Shown here piece by piece: positions 11,621 through 24,385 of a stretch of DNA of 64,000 nucleotides. Both the position numbers and the translations under genes were made by a program. The DNA comes from Cenococcum geophilum (lineage: Eukaryota). The stretch spans positions 6,758,001-6,822,000 of the forward strand of contig CP158636.1 in the NCBI GenBank assembly GCA_050273025.1, given 5' to 3'. Position 1 is the stretch's first letter. Each line of letters opens with the position of its first letter. The notes beneath the pieces were generated by a model that saw nothing but the letters and a program-made list of their open reading frames with translations, ran no database searches and had not been told where the DNA came from.

Positions 11621-14323
11621 CATAAGGATATTAGGTATACCCTTAAAATTTCTAAAAATTAAGAAAATATTAGAGAGATTAATAGTCTTAGTAGGTGCCA
11701 TAGTTATAGAGACAGGAAATAAATTAACAAGATTATAGGGTGAGTGTTAGTGGGTAGCGGGGATAAGAGGACCTGTAGACTTATACTAAAGGGGTACTAG
11801 GACCCTAACTTATAATAGGGGGTGTGCTAGAATAGAGGAATGGTTAATCTGGATTATATAATAACGTAAAGAATTAAACCTAGCGTGCCTTAGCGCCGAC
11901 CCCGCCCCTGCGTTTCGCCACCCTCGCCCCTATAGAGTCGCTAGCTTTAGGCCTTGTTATCCTAGCTAACACCTTACTAGCTAGAACTGATCTGGTGGTT
12001 GGTTTCAACTACCATACTCGTTATACTTTCTTCGCTAAGTACTTCTCCACCATCTGTGTCTCCTAAAGGGCCAAAACTTCCTAAAGAAGCTTTGCCTTGG
12101 GCTGCTAGTAGGTCTAGGTCTTAATTAATAGTCGGCATTCCCTTACTTACTTTAAAGAGAGCCTATATTGCTTTAAGAGATATATATAGAACGTTATAAC
12201 GCCCCACTAGCCATCCGTAGAAGGTATCTTGTCTATATTGTATTTACGAAGAGCATTTTGCCAGATATGCTTACTAAGTGCGTCCTTTAGATATTGGGCT
12301 TCGCATTCCCAGTATTTAGGCTAAGTAATATTTCGTTAAAGCTTGTTAACTTAGCTTAGTGGGAATTTATCGTGTTCTATTTCGTATAACTATTAGTATA
12401 ATTGCTAAACGTCGCTAGTTGGGAATTTAATCTTAGGAGTCCGCTAGGCCTCTTCTTTTAGGAGTTTAGCTAGATCTATAGCCTTAATAGGTAATACGCT
12501 GAATTCGGTAGGCGTGGCTATCTTGCAGGACTATTACGGCAGAAGATTTTAAGTGTTCCTAACTATAAGGAGAACGTATGTAAAACAGGGGAGTTTGCTT
12601 AGGAGATTTGTTAAGCAAGTAAGATGGTTTTTTTAATAAGTAATAAAAAATAGTCCGGTAATGGTAAAGGCGTAGAGATTAAACGTATTATAGTTAATAA
12701 CGGTGAACAGAATTTGCCGCGGCGGCACGTGCTATACTAAGCACTAGCGACTTGTAGGGTACGCATCCTATCCCATAACCGCTTTAATTTTTATTCCCCC
12801 TAGTTTATTCCTCTGCCTTTAATAGGTTAACGTTTATAAGCTAATGTTTAATTTAATTGGTAATATAATGTCCTAGCTTTATATCTTAGTACTATTCTCA
12901 CCTTTCTAGATAAATTCATAATACGATCCTCCATTAAAAAGTAGCGCAACTTTTTGTGTTGATCTTAGAAGGAGACTATTAGAGAGATAATAATAAAAAT
13001 ATCGCCGGTGTTTATAGAATCCTTTAAAGGAATTACACAGGCCGTCCTAGGTACTTATCATAGAGCTCTCTTTGTACTAGTGCCTCTATGAATTAACTAG
13101 CTTTAATACCGCTAGCATTAAATATATATGCCCCACTTCCTTAAATACGCATTCCCTAAATCACCCGGATGGATTTATATAGGGGTTATATAATATAGGT
13201 ACTCCTCTATAGCGCGTTTTGCGGAGTCTTATAAAGATATTTTATTATATTCTTCTATTTAATCCCTACTATTACCTAAACGTACTTACTGTAGCCTGTT
13301 TAGCAGATATTCCCTTCGCGGAAAATAGGATTAATGTTGTTCATATTAATCTGCTTATATCAAATCCAATAGCTTTTATACTAGGGTAAAAATTCCCATT
13401 TCTCCGTGCTAAGTTCCTTTTGGGCTTTATTTTCTGTTTTAAAGTATTGGCGCAGTAAAATTTTATTTTATACTAGTAGTAGTCTTTTAGCGACTAAGTA
13501 GTTAACATTATTAAAGAGAGGGTCGTCGCCCGTCGCCTTAATTGGGGAAAGCTAGCACGCCTTTTATAGTCGCTTTAAGGAGTTAACTATGCCGCGCCAG
13601 CCTATACTAATACCCTAAATAATAAAGATGGAACGAAAAGGAAGATTGGCGATTATTATCTTAAGAATTTCGGCGGTACTAAAGACCTAGTAAGAGACTT
13701 TTATTAATATAAATCTAAATATAGGGCGGACTAGTAAAGAGATAAGGAAGACAGTAAAATTGGTCCGTAAAAAAGGGTAGTATAGGAGGAAGAGAGTAAA
13801 ATAGGTTAAACCGGACCCTTTATAGAGTACTATTAGAGCTATTAATTACTTTATAAATAGCCTATATTTAGGGCTACAGCTTAAGCCATCTTATAAGCGG
13901 TAAGGAGTTAATAGCCAAATACAGAGATTAGTTAGGGCATCTATAAAGCAAAACTCGCCTCCAAAATTCCCACGCCTAAATTAGAGGGGACGCTCTTCGG
14001 CACCATTACTACGCTAGCTAATATTAAATAAAGGACGTTAGGTAATAATTATTTGCGGTAATAAAGACTAAAGGCAGAAGTGTTTTTTGGAATTAATATC
14101 TATATAATATCTATACGTTAATATTTCTCCTCTATAAAGCTCTTTATAGTGAAAATTAAACCGAATGTCTATACTGTCACCAGCCTAGCCTAGCCTTAGA
14201 AGGATACTATACTATATAGTTTCCCAGTGGAATACACATACTTAAGATCCGCCTTATAAGCGTTCTGCAAAAGAAAACCATATACCACAAAACCGTCTTA
14301 ATAAGCTTTTACTAAGGCTGGGT

Positions 14324-15189
14324 CTAGGAGTTAGTCCGGGGCCGTAAAGCAGACCAAAATCTCGCTCTATTATGGCGTCTAGCTTCCAAAATAAGGAGGA
14401 ACTTATAACTATTAAGCAATTCTCTAAGAGGCTAGTCCAGCCCTTCTCGCACCCATATAAGGGCTTTAAGTGGTTTAATATAATCTATAAAAAAGCTAGT
14501 ATAAACCAATAAAACAACTCCGCTGGTATTCTTAAAATCAAAGATACTACCGTAAAGCTTAGCATCTTTAACATAGCTAATTAGTAATACATTTATAGCA
14601 GCTTCCGCGTATTTATAAATAAAGTTAAGGTTTATATTATTAATACCACCTATAACAAACTTAGTACTAATTTATAATACGTTAACAGAGTATACCCTTA
14701 CTTCTAAATACCTTTACAGCTGCCAGGCAGGCGGCAGGATAGGAACTCATAAGGCCATAAATATTATCATTATCCTATCTAAGTTGATTTAATAGGCTAA
14801 CTGCAATTCTACGCTCCTAGAAATCGCAATAGACAACCAGCTGGGTGATCCAATACACAGTTATAGCATTTTAAGTCTATTAACAGGCAAATACGTTACC
14901 GGTGAGGCGGTCTTCAATAGTAACTTTAACATAAGAGCAGGCGGTACCATTGGGTAGATACTATGCTTAAAGCCAGTCCTTACTAAGTCTTATATAATTT
15001 CCTATTCTTACCGTTAGTAAATAGGAGCAGAATAACTTAACCTAACTTACCTGGTTTTGCGAAGGGGCCTGATTTCGCGGCATCCTTACCCCAAACTCCA
15101 TAGTTCTCATTAAATAGCTGTAATGCTTCTGCCAATATATTGTCCGTAAGTTCGCCTCTATTAAACCTTTTAAAGATCTGCTTTGCTAT
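14324..15189 (-). pseudogene. GNAT-like (acyl-CoA N-acyltransferase) fungal family protein
   Basis: Minus strand: EALQLFNENYGVWG...[gtaagt...ctaac...tag intron ~15000-15050]...GNVFAC...YWITQLVVYCDF*ERRIAVSLL (GNAT motif A, RxxGxA) ...YGLMSSYPAACLAA...FFIDYIKPLKALIWVREGLD*PLRELLNSYKFLLIL. Confidence 0.7.
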
Positions 15190-15649
15190 CTTTAGGTTCT
15201 TTTAAGCGCTTAAGCCAGGTGACTTATTAATATATTATATAGTTAGTTCTACTCCAAACGCGACTACCCTTTAATAAGAAAGTTTAGACGTAGACGTACT
15301 ATATAAGAAGAGCTACGGATTATTGTTAGGTATTTCTATGCAAACCTTTAAGCGATTTACTTACTTACTTTATATTAAATTAAAAGGGTCTATTAAACTA
15401 AGTCAATAAGGAGAGCTTAGCCAAAACTTAGAGTTAGAAGGGGTTAATTATTATTTAAAGTAAGTGGGGCTATTTACCTTACTTACCTATTCTTAGTAGT
15501 AATAAAATTCTCTTGGCACTAAACGCATATAGAATATTTTTTACATTATATAAAATATTGGCTCTTTAAATGCTATTAAAGTTACTAAGCTATCTTTAGT
15601 AGTGTCCACCCTGCCCTTAACTATAGCTTTAGCGTAACAGAATTAAATA

Positions 15650-17300
15650 AGTATATGCTAATACCGGGTATTAAAAACTGCGGCTTTTTCCTGTAGATAA
15701 CGTCTATCGCCTACTTAAAAGTGTTTTTACTCCCATTAACATCCCTAAATTAAAAACGTACAAAGGAAATAAAAAGGTAGATTACACCGCAGGTAAAAAC
15801 CTCCTCCTTAATAGGGTTGTAGGTTTTATTTTAAGCTAAGGCAGCAACCTAACGTTCTTCTGCTTCGCATAACTGGGAGATACGCGCCCATACAATTAGT
15901 GCTCGCACATGCCCGAGTCTATTATTAATATCCGGTTTAGCAATCCTACTATAAACGCCTAAAAGCTCCTTAATTAAACGTTCGGCTTTATTAGGGAAAT
16001 CTTATCTAATTTTAATCTTAATAAGGGAGAGAAGTAAACGTCAGAAGCCTTTCGAACGCCGGCTACGGGCTCTTATACAGTCAACTTCCCGTTACACCAT
16101 CTCTCTTCCCTTATCTAGGTACGCTGTCGACTAATAGAGGTTGTTTTGCTGCGTGTAGTCTAGTTTATAGTAGAGATTAGAAAGGTAGGATATAATAAGG
16201 ATTCGCTTAAACTTAGGGAGCATAGTTATAGTAAGGCAGCCTTTAAAGCAATCCTTAGCGTCGGTAAATCGACCCTCTCCTCTAAATATTCTGCCGTTAA
16301 AATATAATTAATTACAAAGAAGATATAACTTACCGTCTAAGAGATGCAACTTACTGTCTAAGAGATTGTTACCTAAAGGATGCTATTTACTTATTTCCTT
16401 ATATGCCCTATAGAAATTAAAATTATAAACCTAATTAGAGGCTTATAATAGGTGCAGAAAGCTAAAAAAATAATATAATTCCTAATTTAGGTCCAAACCT
16501 TAGCGGCTTAGGAACTCTTATATAACGTACTATAAGTCTAATATATACCCTTTTAAGCGGAGCACAATACTCTACTAATATACTATTTCCACTTACAAAT
16601 AGGCCTCTACTAGATCTGGCTATGAGTTAGCTGCCATTATAAGGAGATTTTCTCTACCGCTTAGACCTTTAAATATAGAGGCCGATAGCAAAGTTTCCAC
16701 GGTATTGTTATAAGAAAGAGGCTTTAAGCCAGTTTTATTATATAGGCGTAAAAGATAACAAAGGACGCCTAATAATTCCCTTCCTATAAAATTAAACCTT
16801 AGAAGGTATAAATGATCTAATAAGCAGGAATAAAAAATTTATTACCAACTTACAAGGGATCTATTATTAGACTACGTAGAAAGACGTAATAATAAAGCGT
16901 AAAAGCTTAGTAAATCTAATAACCCTTAGACTGCTCAAACAAAATACAAGCTAATTCTTATTAGTAGATATAAACCGATTCTTATACACTAATTATAGAA
17001 AGCGAAATAAGGCTTCCGATACTCTATCTCAGAGTAGTTACGTCTAAAAGGTTAATTAGGTCTTAACTAAGGCCTATATTATATAGCTTTACTTTATATA
17101 TCTCACTATGCTTATTAATTTATCATTAGGGACATATTACACAATTAAGTAAGACTTTTAGGATATAGCTACCTATGGCATAGAACAACGGTATAATAGG
17201 TGTTTCTAGTATAGTATAGGTTGCTACTTCTGGCCAACTCATATCTACGCAATCCCGTCTAAGGTTGGTCTTGCCGTATAGTACCCTTAAAGTATTCAAC
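15650..17300 (-). pseudogene. TPR-like helical repeat protein
   Basis: Minus strand: GRIFRGEGRFTDAKDCFKGCL...SKGF*RLLLSLIKIKIR...KAERLIKELL...RLGHVRALIVWARIS..EAEER*VAAL, an amphipathic TPR-like pattern. An intron donor lies near 16850. Confidence 0.5.
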
Positions 17301-18302
17301 CGGGTTAAGGATACGCCTATTTATGATATTATTTATAACTTTAATTAATTAGTATTCCCCTTACCTAAAGGCAAAGACGGCTGTTCATTTCAAAAGAAGC
17401 CTAGGCCTATAATATAGACGAAAGATATAGACACATTAGAGTCCTCTGTAGCAGGGCCAACTTTATATATATATTTAATTGATTTGGAAATAATAGCAGG
17501 ATCGTATCCAAGAGCAATATATATTTCATTAATCCTAGTAACTATTAGCCCCGCTTTCCACTAAGGGATAGAGTAAATATAAGAGCGTATTAGCTATATA
17601 GACTATATGGACTATATGCGCAATAAGGCCTGGGATAGTATATTTAGGCCTAAAACAATCGCTGAAGTCATACTTTACATACTCGTCCTTAGTAAGCTTA
17701 TTAAGAATATTCTAGAGACCTTTATTATTAATACTTAAAATATAAGTAGGGGACAGCGCATCTAAGTAAAAGTTAGGCTTATACCACAATAAAAGGAACT
17801 TAGAAATACATATTAATAAAAAAAAGCTCCATAGCCCAAAAAATGGTCCAGCCTCTATTAATAAGTTTATAGATAATACCGTTTACCCTAAAGGCTTAGC
17901 TGCGTAGTTTCCTACAATCTATCTTTTAAAAATTAGTAACATATTACGTTATCCGGTCAATAGTGCTATATAGTACCCCCCTTTTCTTAAGAACTCCATA
18001 ATATAAGAGAAGGAAAAGAACTTAAAAGTAGAAAAACGATTTCTAAAGTTCCTTATTTTTAAGGGAAGAGTCCATAAGCAGAGCAAGCTTTACTCCTATA
18101 ATAACAAATTTATCCTCTAATCCTAAAATTTCCTAACTAGATTCTTCCTTAACGTTAACTCCGCTACGGTTAGCAAGAGATTAGATAACCTCTTTGTATT
18201 TCTCTACAGTGCGCACAATCTTAACCTATCTGTCGCGCCATTTGCTTACCTTAGGAAGATTGCGTAGAAACGAATCTTTAGCCTTATCCCTTTTCTTAGG
18301 TA

Positions 18303-18375
18303 ATGGCTTTAGTAGCTGTGCTAGCTTTAGTAGCTATACTGGCTTTGGTGGCTATACTAGCCCTAGTAGCTGTGA
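18303..18375. repeat. 18-bp degenerate tandem repeat, about 4 copies
   Basis: ggctttagtagctgtgct agctttagtagctatact ggctttggtggctatact agccctagtagctgtgac. Confidence 0.75.
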
Positions 18376-20147
18376 CGCCTCTAATAGCTATTAGAGTTAA
18401 GACGGCTCTGTTAAATGCGATAGCCCTAATAATTCGGAAGCCTACGGCTTATAAAGTGTCTTTCTCCTCTTTAAAGTGGGTTCATTAAATGGATTTACGC
18501 AGGAAATTATAATAGGTTATAACTTTTGCCATTATTTACTAAAGCTAGGACAAACGTAACAGTGCCGTAATAAACTATTAAGATAGCTTCTTGAAACAAT
18601 TACAAAGTTATTATTTACTGTTATCTCTAGGGGATAGGCAGTGAGTGTAGATTTTTAGGAGACTAAGACTTAAGTTTAAAAAGGTCCCGCTCACAGCAGC
18701 TGGCGCTATTCTACTTTTATAACTGCCTAGCAGTTATGAAAATAGAATAGCGCCAGCCGATTTCGCTTAGCATCTCTCTTAAGATAAAGACAGGAAATAG
18801 CTAATATTCTCACCGTTACTAAAAGGATAGTTTGCTATAATAGAGCCATAGCTAATCTATTAATTGCCTTATATATCTGGAACCTCAGAGCTACAGTAGT
18901 GGGAGGATTTAAATAAGCCATTGGAGAATATATATTTTTATCCTTTACTTTTATCGTTACGCCTTACGCCCTACTTTGCTATTGCTCCTTTCTACTTTAT
19001 TACCTCATTTACCTTACTGTTACCCCTACTCTTATCGCCCTCAGCCTAGCTACATTTATATTTCCTGGAATAAATCACCTACCTTTTATACCTCCTCCCA
19101 GTCCTACACACACCGCTCCAAATCCTATTGGAAAGGTATAACCTACAGCGGTTTCAACCTTACCTTATCTAACTGTTATGTCTATTACAGGAAATTGCTC
19201 AAATTAAAGCATTAGGCTACTATGTCTAGGTGCAAGCTTTAGTATATAAGCGTCTTATAGTAACACCAGAGTATATATAGTCCAGCTACTATTTCGAAAA
19301 CTATATATAGGAAGAGTTTGTAATTCTCTAGGGCGCGGAATATATACTAAATAGACTAGATCAGGGGCTTCTCGGAGCCATTAAAGCAGTGCATGCGATA
19401 CGGAAGAAGATGGCATAGGATTATATTTTTCCTAGCCCTAATATACTCCTTTGCTACTTTATAGAACCTAAGGACCTACCTTCCTTATAAGCCGCCCAAC
19501 GCTCACTTAAATTTTATTTTTAACTGTTATCGTTCCCAACGGCATTAGCTAAAAGAAAACTAAATAATATAGCATTATATGTCAGTTTTTTAAGAGTAGA
19601 TGTGGATATATTCTTTAATTAGATGACCTACTAACCATCAGCCAGCTATTAGCGCTATTTTGGCTTCTACGGTAGCGGTCTAGGCACAGTAACATTGTTT
19701 ACGCCTATCCCTAAGCAGAAGATCGAGATATTTTATTCTAGTGCTAACTTATCCTCTACCTTCTATTAGGCACTAGATTACATTCTAAGACTAAGAATTA
19801 TCCATTTAGGTAGTTAGCGGTAAGAATTTACTTTTAATTTAGATTATAGAGTCACGTTACTAGTGCCTTATTTGTCCTAATACTAACCCTCAATAGTTTA
19901 CCTACTTGCAGGATTAAGCCATATGTATATAAGTTCAATCCAGAAAGCTTCTAGCTAAAGCGCCTATATTATTATAGTGCCGACTAAAGGTATAGGCCGC
20001 ATTCAGTATAGTCCGATCCTTATTTACCGTATAAATAGTCATTCTAAGACCTCTTACTCGATTTTATCCATTAGAACATTATTACCTCCTTCCACCAAAA
20101 TATTATATAGATAAAATCTTCTATATCCCTATATCTTATTCCAAACC

Positions 20148-22562
20148 ATAGAACAATTTAAGACATTTAATTATATTTATCTCTTCCTTCTAACCGTTTC
20201 CTTCCTTTTCTACACCGTCCAGTCTTTAAGGTCGCAGTCATTATCAATTACATAGAAGAAGCAGCCCGCTTATATATTATAGATAGTAGCAGGAGTTATA
20301 GCCAGCTATATAAGAGTTTAAATTTTACAACTACTGGCAGATTTTAATGGTACTGCTAGGTTATAGAAGGTATTCTCCACGCTATATTCTAGTAAATTAC
20401 CATATATATATGTGTACAAACCTACTCTATATAGAATATAGCTCTATATTAATCGGATATTTAGACCTTCCTAGAAGTTCTAATACTTATATAGAGTAGC
20501 ATTTGGATACTTTTATATCTTAAAATAGTTTGGTTACCTCGGAAAAGGAATTATTATTTTTATTTTTTCCTAACCTCCTATACCCTTAAAGCCACCCAAT
20601 TAATCCTCCTCGCTGTTAATTAATTAACAATTAATGTCTATAGAGTTTTGCGTCTCATAATACTAGTTCTATAGATATTTCTATTAACTAGGCTCTCTAT
20701 CCCATATAGAATACCTTAGCTCGCTAAGGCTAAGCCGCTACTTATAGAATAGGCTTAAGTTAGTAACACTAAAAGCTAGGGGGATTGTATAGAGGATCTC
20801 TTGGTAATTATACCTTACCTACGGCCAAAGGGCCCAGAAATATGGTTTTTGATTTGCATAGTAGGTATTATATAAGTCTTAAATAGGCCACTGGTGATTT
20901 TACTATTAATATTAGTAGGTGCACTTCTAACTGCTCTTAAGCCTTTTAGTGTGTATATTTGTGCCGTTTTTTAATAGTATTTACTAACCAGTTTCTAAAG
21001 GTCCCTTACCCGTTTAAGAACTTTGGTTCTATATAGGGTCGCTACTTTACTTTCTTATAACACTACCTATGCCACTAGTAAAAGCGTAGGTTATAACGTC
21101 TTTAAAGCGCAATATTAAAGAGGGAGCCCTTAAACATATTATAAAACTATTAATAGACTTCCATAACGATAAAAGCTCTATAGAAGTTATAGAGGTTATA
21201 AACCTAGGAGAACGGTTTATTAATTTTATAGATTACCTATTATTTAATACAATGCCTTCTATAATTAATATTATTACCATTATAGTCTATCTATCGCACT
21301 TTATTAATGGATATATTAGACTTATCGTAATAGCTATAGTTGTCTTGCAAATCTAGGCCGAACTTGCTAAGAATCCTAAGCTTTTTTAGATACGTTAAGA
21401 TTATACTATAATATAATATAGGGAAAGCCGGATTAAATACAAAGCAATAAAACATTAGGAGCTGGTAATTTTAGCTAACTGTCAAGATTACGAGAACCGC
21501 TAACTTTCCTCTGTGTTATCGGATTTTATTATACTAATGCGGCGAATGTCTTAGCTACGCTTATTTGCTAATTTAGTAGCGCATATAACGAAAACAATTA
21601 GCCTAGTAATTATAGTGTGGCTCTTAGCTCTTTATATTACGAAGGGTCTTATACCTCTAGGTAGCTTATTTATTCTAATTTAATCCTAGCCAAGTATATT
21701 TAAATTTGTGAACTTTAACATAAGATTATATAATATTCTTATGGATTGCCTTAGTTTAGAAAAGCGCTTTTCCAAACTTCTTTAAGCCAGGCCATCTGTT
21801 ATTAATAAAAAAGGAGCAATAAGCCTTAAGGTTACCGCTAGGCGTGTTAAATTCACCAATATCTTATTTTCCTACGCGGATAGTAACCGGCCGGCAGTAA
21901 ATAAGATTAGTTTTACAGTTAAGGGCGGGAAGACTGTTGCGCTTATTAAACGAAGCGGAAGCGGCAAGTCTACAGTCTTTAAGCTCTTATAACGGTTTAT
22001 TAACCCTAATAAAGGGGACATTAAAATTAATAGCTAGAATACCCGTAATATCACGTTAAGTAGCCTACGAGATAATATTACAATTATCCCCTAAAGCCTT
22101 AACTTACCAAATAAGTTAATTAAGGAAATTATTGCGTATGGGCTTAACGCTAAGGCTAATAAGATTAAGAAAGCCTATAAAGCCGCTTATATATATAACC
22201 GGATAATAGGTCTCAAAACCCAATATGATACCAATGTTGGGGAAGAAGGTATTAAACTATCGGGTAGTAAGCGTTAACGCATTACTATCGCAAGGGCTAT
22301 TTTTAAAAATCTAAAGATTCTGCTTCTTAATAAAGCCTTATCTGCTATAGATAATCTAACAAAGGTACCAATTTGTGAATCACTTAAAAGTCAAGTAGAA
22401 TACCGAACAACTTTAATTATTACTTATCGTCTTAACACAATTAAGCACGCTAACGATATTATTGTCTTAGAAAAAGGAGAGATAATAGAAAGGGGAAGCT
22501 ATACCAAGTTACTTAGTCGACGTGGGCTATACCATATAATGTGGACTAGCGGTAAAAAGTAA
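20148..22562 (+). pseudogene. Half-size ABC-B transporter, HMT1/ATM1-like, RIP-inactivated
   Basis: A hydrophobic N-terminal region is followed by a nucleotide-binding domain: GGKTVALIKRSGSGKSTVFKLL*RF (Walker A, ~21925-22000), [42 protein letters not shown] (signature and Walker B) and RTTLIITYRLNTIKHANDIIVLEKGEIIERGSYTKLL. The extra N-terminal transmembrane extension favours HMT1-like. Confidence 0.88.
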
Positions 22563-23234
22563 CGGATGGAGGCGGGGATAGGAGCTAAACGAAATGGAAA
22601 GCTAGCATATACACCTTATAGATAGTAACAATTCCACGTTAGTAGGCTGGTAGTACGGGCGCGTTAAACTCATAGTATATACCAAGACTTCTGTTTCCTG
22701 CCTTACCTACTATATAAATTCCAGGCTTTTAGCTTTTCGTGTCCAGTAAAGAATTTTTTAGCATAGAGAAGGTCTTAACGCAACTTAGCTATATTAAAGA
22801 CATACTTATCGGGCGGGGGAAAGATCCTATATATATAACTAAATTAAAGGAAAGCCTAACAAAACCTTTACGCAACTTAAGCATTAAAGAAAACTTTAAA
22901 GAAAAGCCTAATCTTAGTTCTGAATCCGCTAAGGAAGTAATAGATAATGTAAGTTGTAAATCTACCAAAGACGAATTAGATAGTGGAGTAGAGGAACAGT
23001 TATAGGAATTCGTAGAGGAATAGGAATGGAAATGCGTAGAGGAACGGGCATAGGAATGTATATAGGTACCCTTTATGATGGTATTGTATAGTCTAATAGT
23101 AAGTATAGTGTAAATGTGACTATTACGTAAAGAGGGAGAACTGTCACTATTGTTAACATTTAAATTGCGCAATATGCCGACCTATTTAGAATCTAAGAGG
23201 AACGAAATAGGATCCGCTTTGACCGCCGATGTCA

Positions 23235-23297
23235 CTATTAGGTACTAACCTCAAAGGCACCACCCTATTAAGTACTAACCTCAAAGGTACTACCTTA
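23235..23297. repeat. 30-bp direct tandem repeat, 2 copies
   Basis: ctattaggtactaacctcaaaggcaccacc / ctattaagtactaacctcaaaggtactacc. Confidence 0.85.
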
Positions 23298-23899
23298 TAA
23301 CTCACTACCCTGTTTCTTACCATCGTATATCTTACTACCTAATTCTATTACCTATTTATTACCTATTACTAACTAAGTGGCAATATCGACCTAGTAGCAA
23401 TTAAGTAATAGTTAAAAATCGTCGTTAGCCTTTTGCCACCTATCTAGTATATATAGTGAGGCTCTAGAGCCTTTTATAATAAGACAGAGTTCTTATAAGT
23501 GACTTGTCCGTCTAATAAACTATAAGCATTTTTAGTGTTCCCTATTCCATTATAGTATAAGACGGCGAGCGTAATCATATTAAGGATTCTTAATTAATTC
23601 TAGAATTTTAATTCAAATACATAAGGCGCTTTATATTGTTTATATAAGAAGCTTTAGGGCTAAGCTAGGATATTATATAAGGCGTTATATAAGGCGTTGT
23701 TAAACTAGTAGCTGCGCCTAGGATCTTAGCTAAGATAGAATATAACTTCGGCCGCACTCCTTACTATTAATCTTTGTGCCCCGCACTACTTACTATTATT
23801 CTTTATACCTAAGCTATCTTAGCTATATACAAGATAAATAAAACATGCTATAATATAAGTCTGCCCACTATATTCTCACGCCGCAATAATTAATAGATT

Positions 23900-24385
23900 A
23901 GTATAAATACGGAGATAGGTTAAATCCGTATTAGAGCAATCGCATCCGTAATATATCTACAGAAATAGCGTCGGCATAACCAGCGCCAGTACAACCGGCG
24001 CTAGCACAATTAGTACTAGCATAATTAGCACCAGCACAATTAATACCAGCACAATCAATACCAGCTTAATTAGCACCTGTACAAACTTGGTCCTATATAA
24101 GAAATTTTATACCAGACATAGTCTTTCCTAATAAAGAAGATAGTATTAGTGTAAAAGCGCAGATTAACCTATAAATGATTGTTATCTATACGGCCATACT
24201 ATATATGGGTATTATTCAAACACAGGGAATAGAGAATGGTATTGTATAAGTTCAGCCATTCCAATTACTAAGCTCATCCTAATTGCGGAGCCAGTGTAAT
24301 TGCGGAGATGGTCCATATATAGAGATAAAAGAAAAATGTCTAAATTGCAAATATAAAGCCTATATAACTTACAAGGGGGGAATAA
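23900..24385 (+). pseudogene. Protein with a PAQ-rich pentapeptide repeat and C-terminal Cys-rich zinc-ribbon motif
   Basis: 15-bp repeats at 23980-24080 encode PAQ-type units. These are followed by EWYC, a probable intron, then CNCGDGPYIEIKEKCLNCKYK, a RanBP2-like WxC..CxCGDGP...CxxC motif. Confidence 0.42.
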
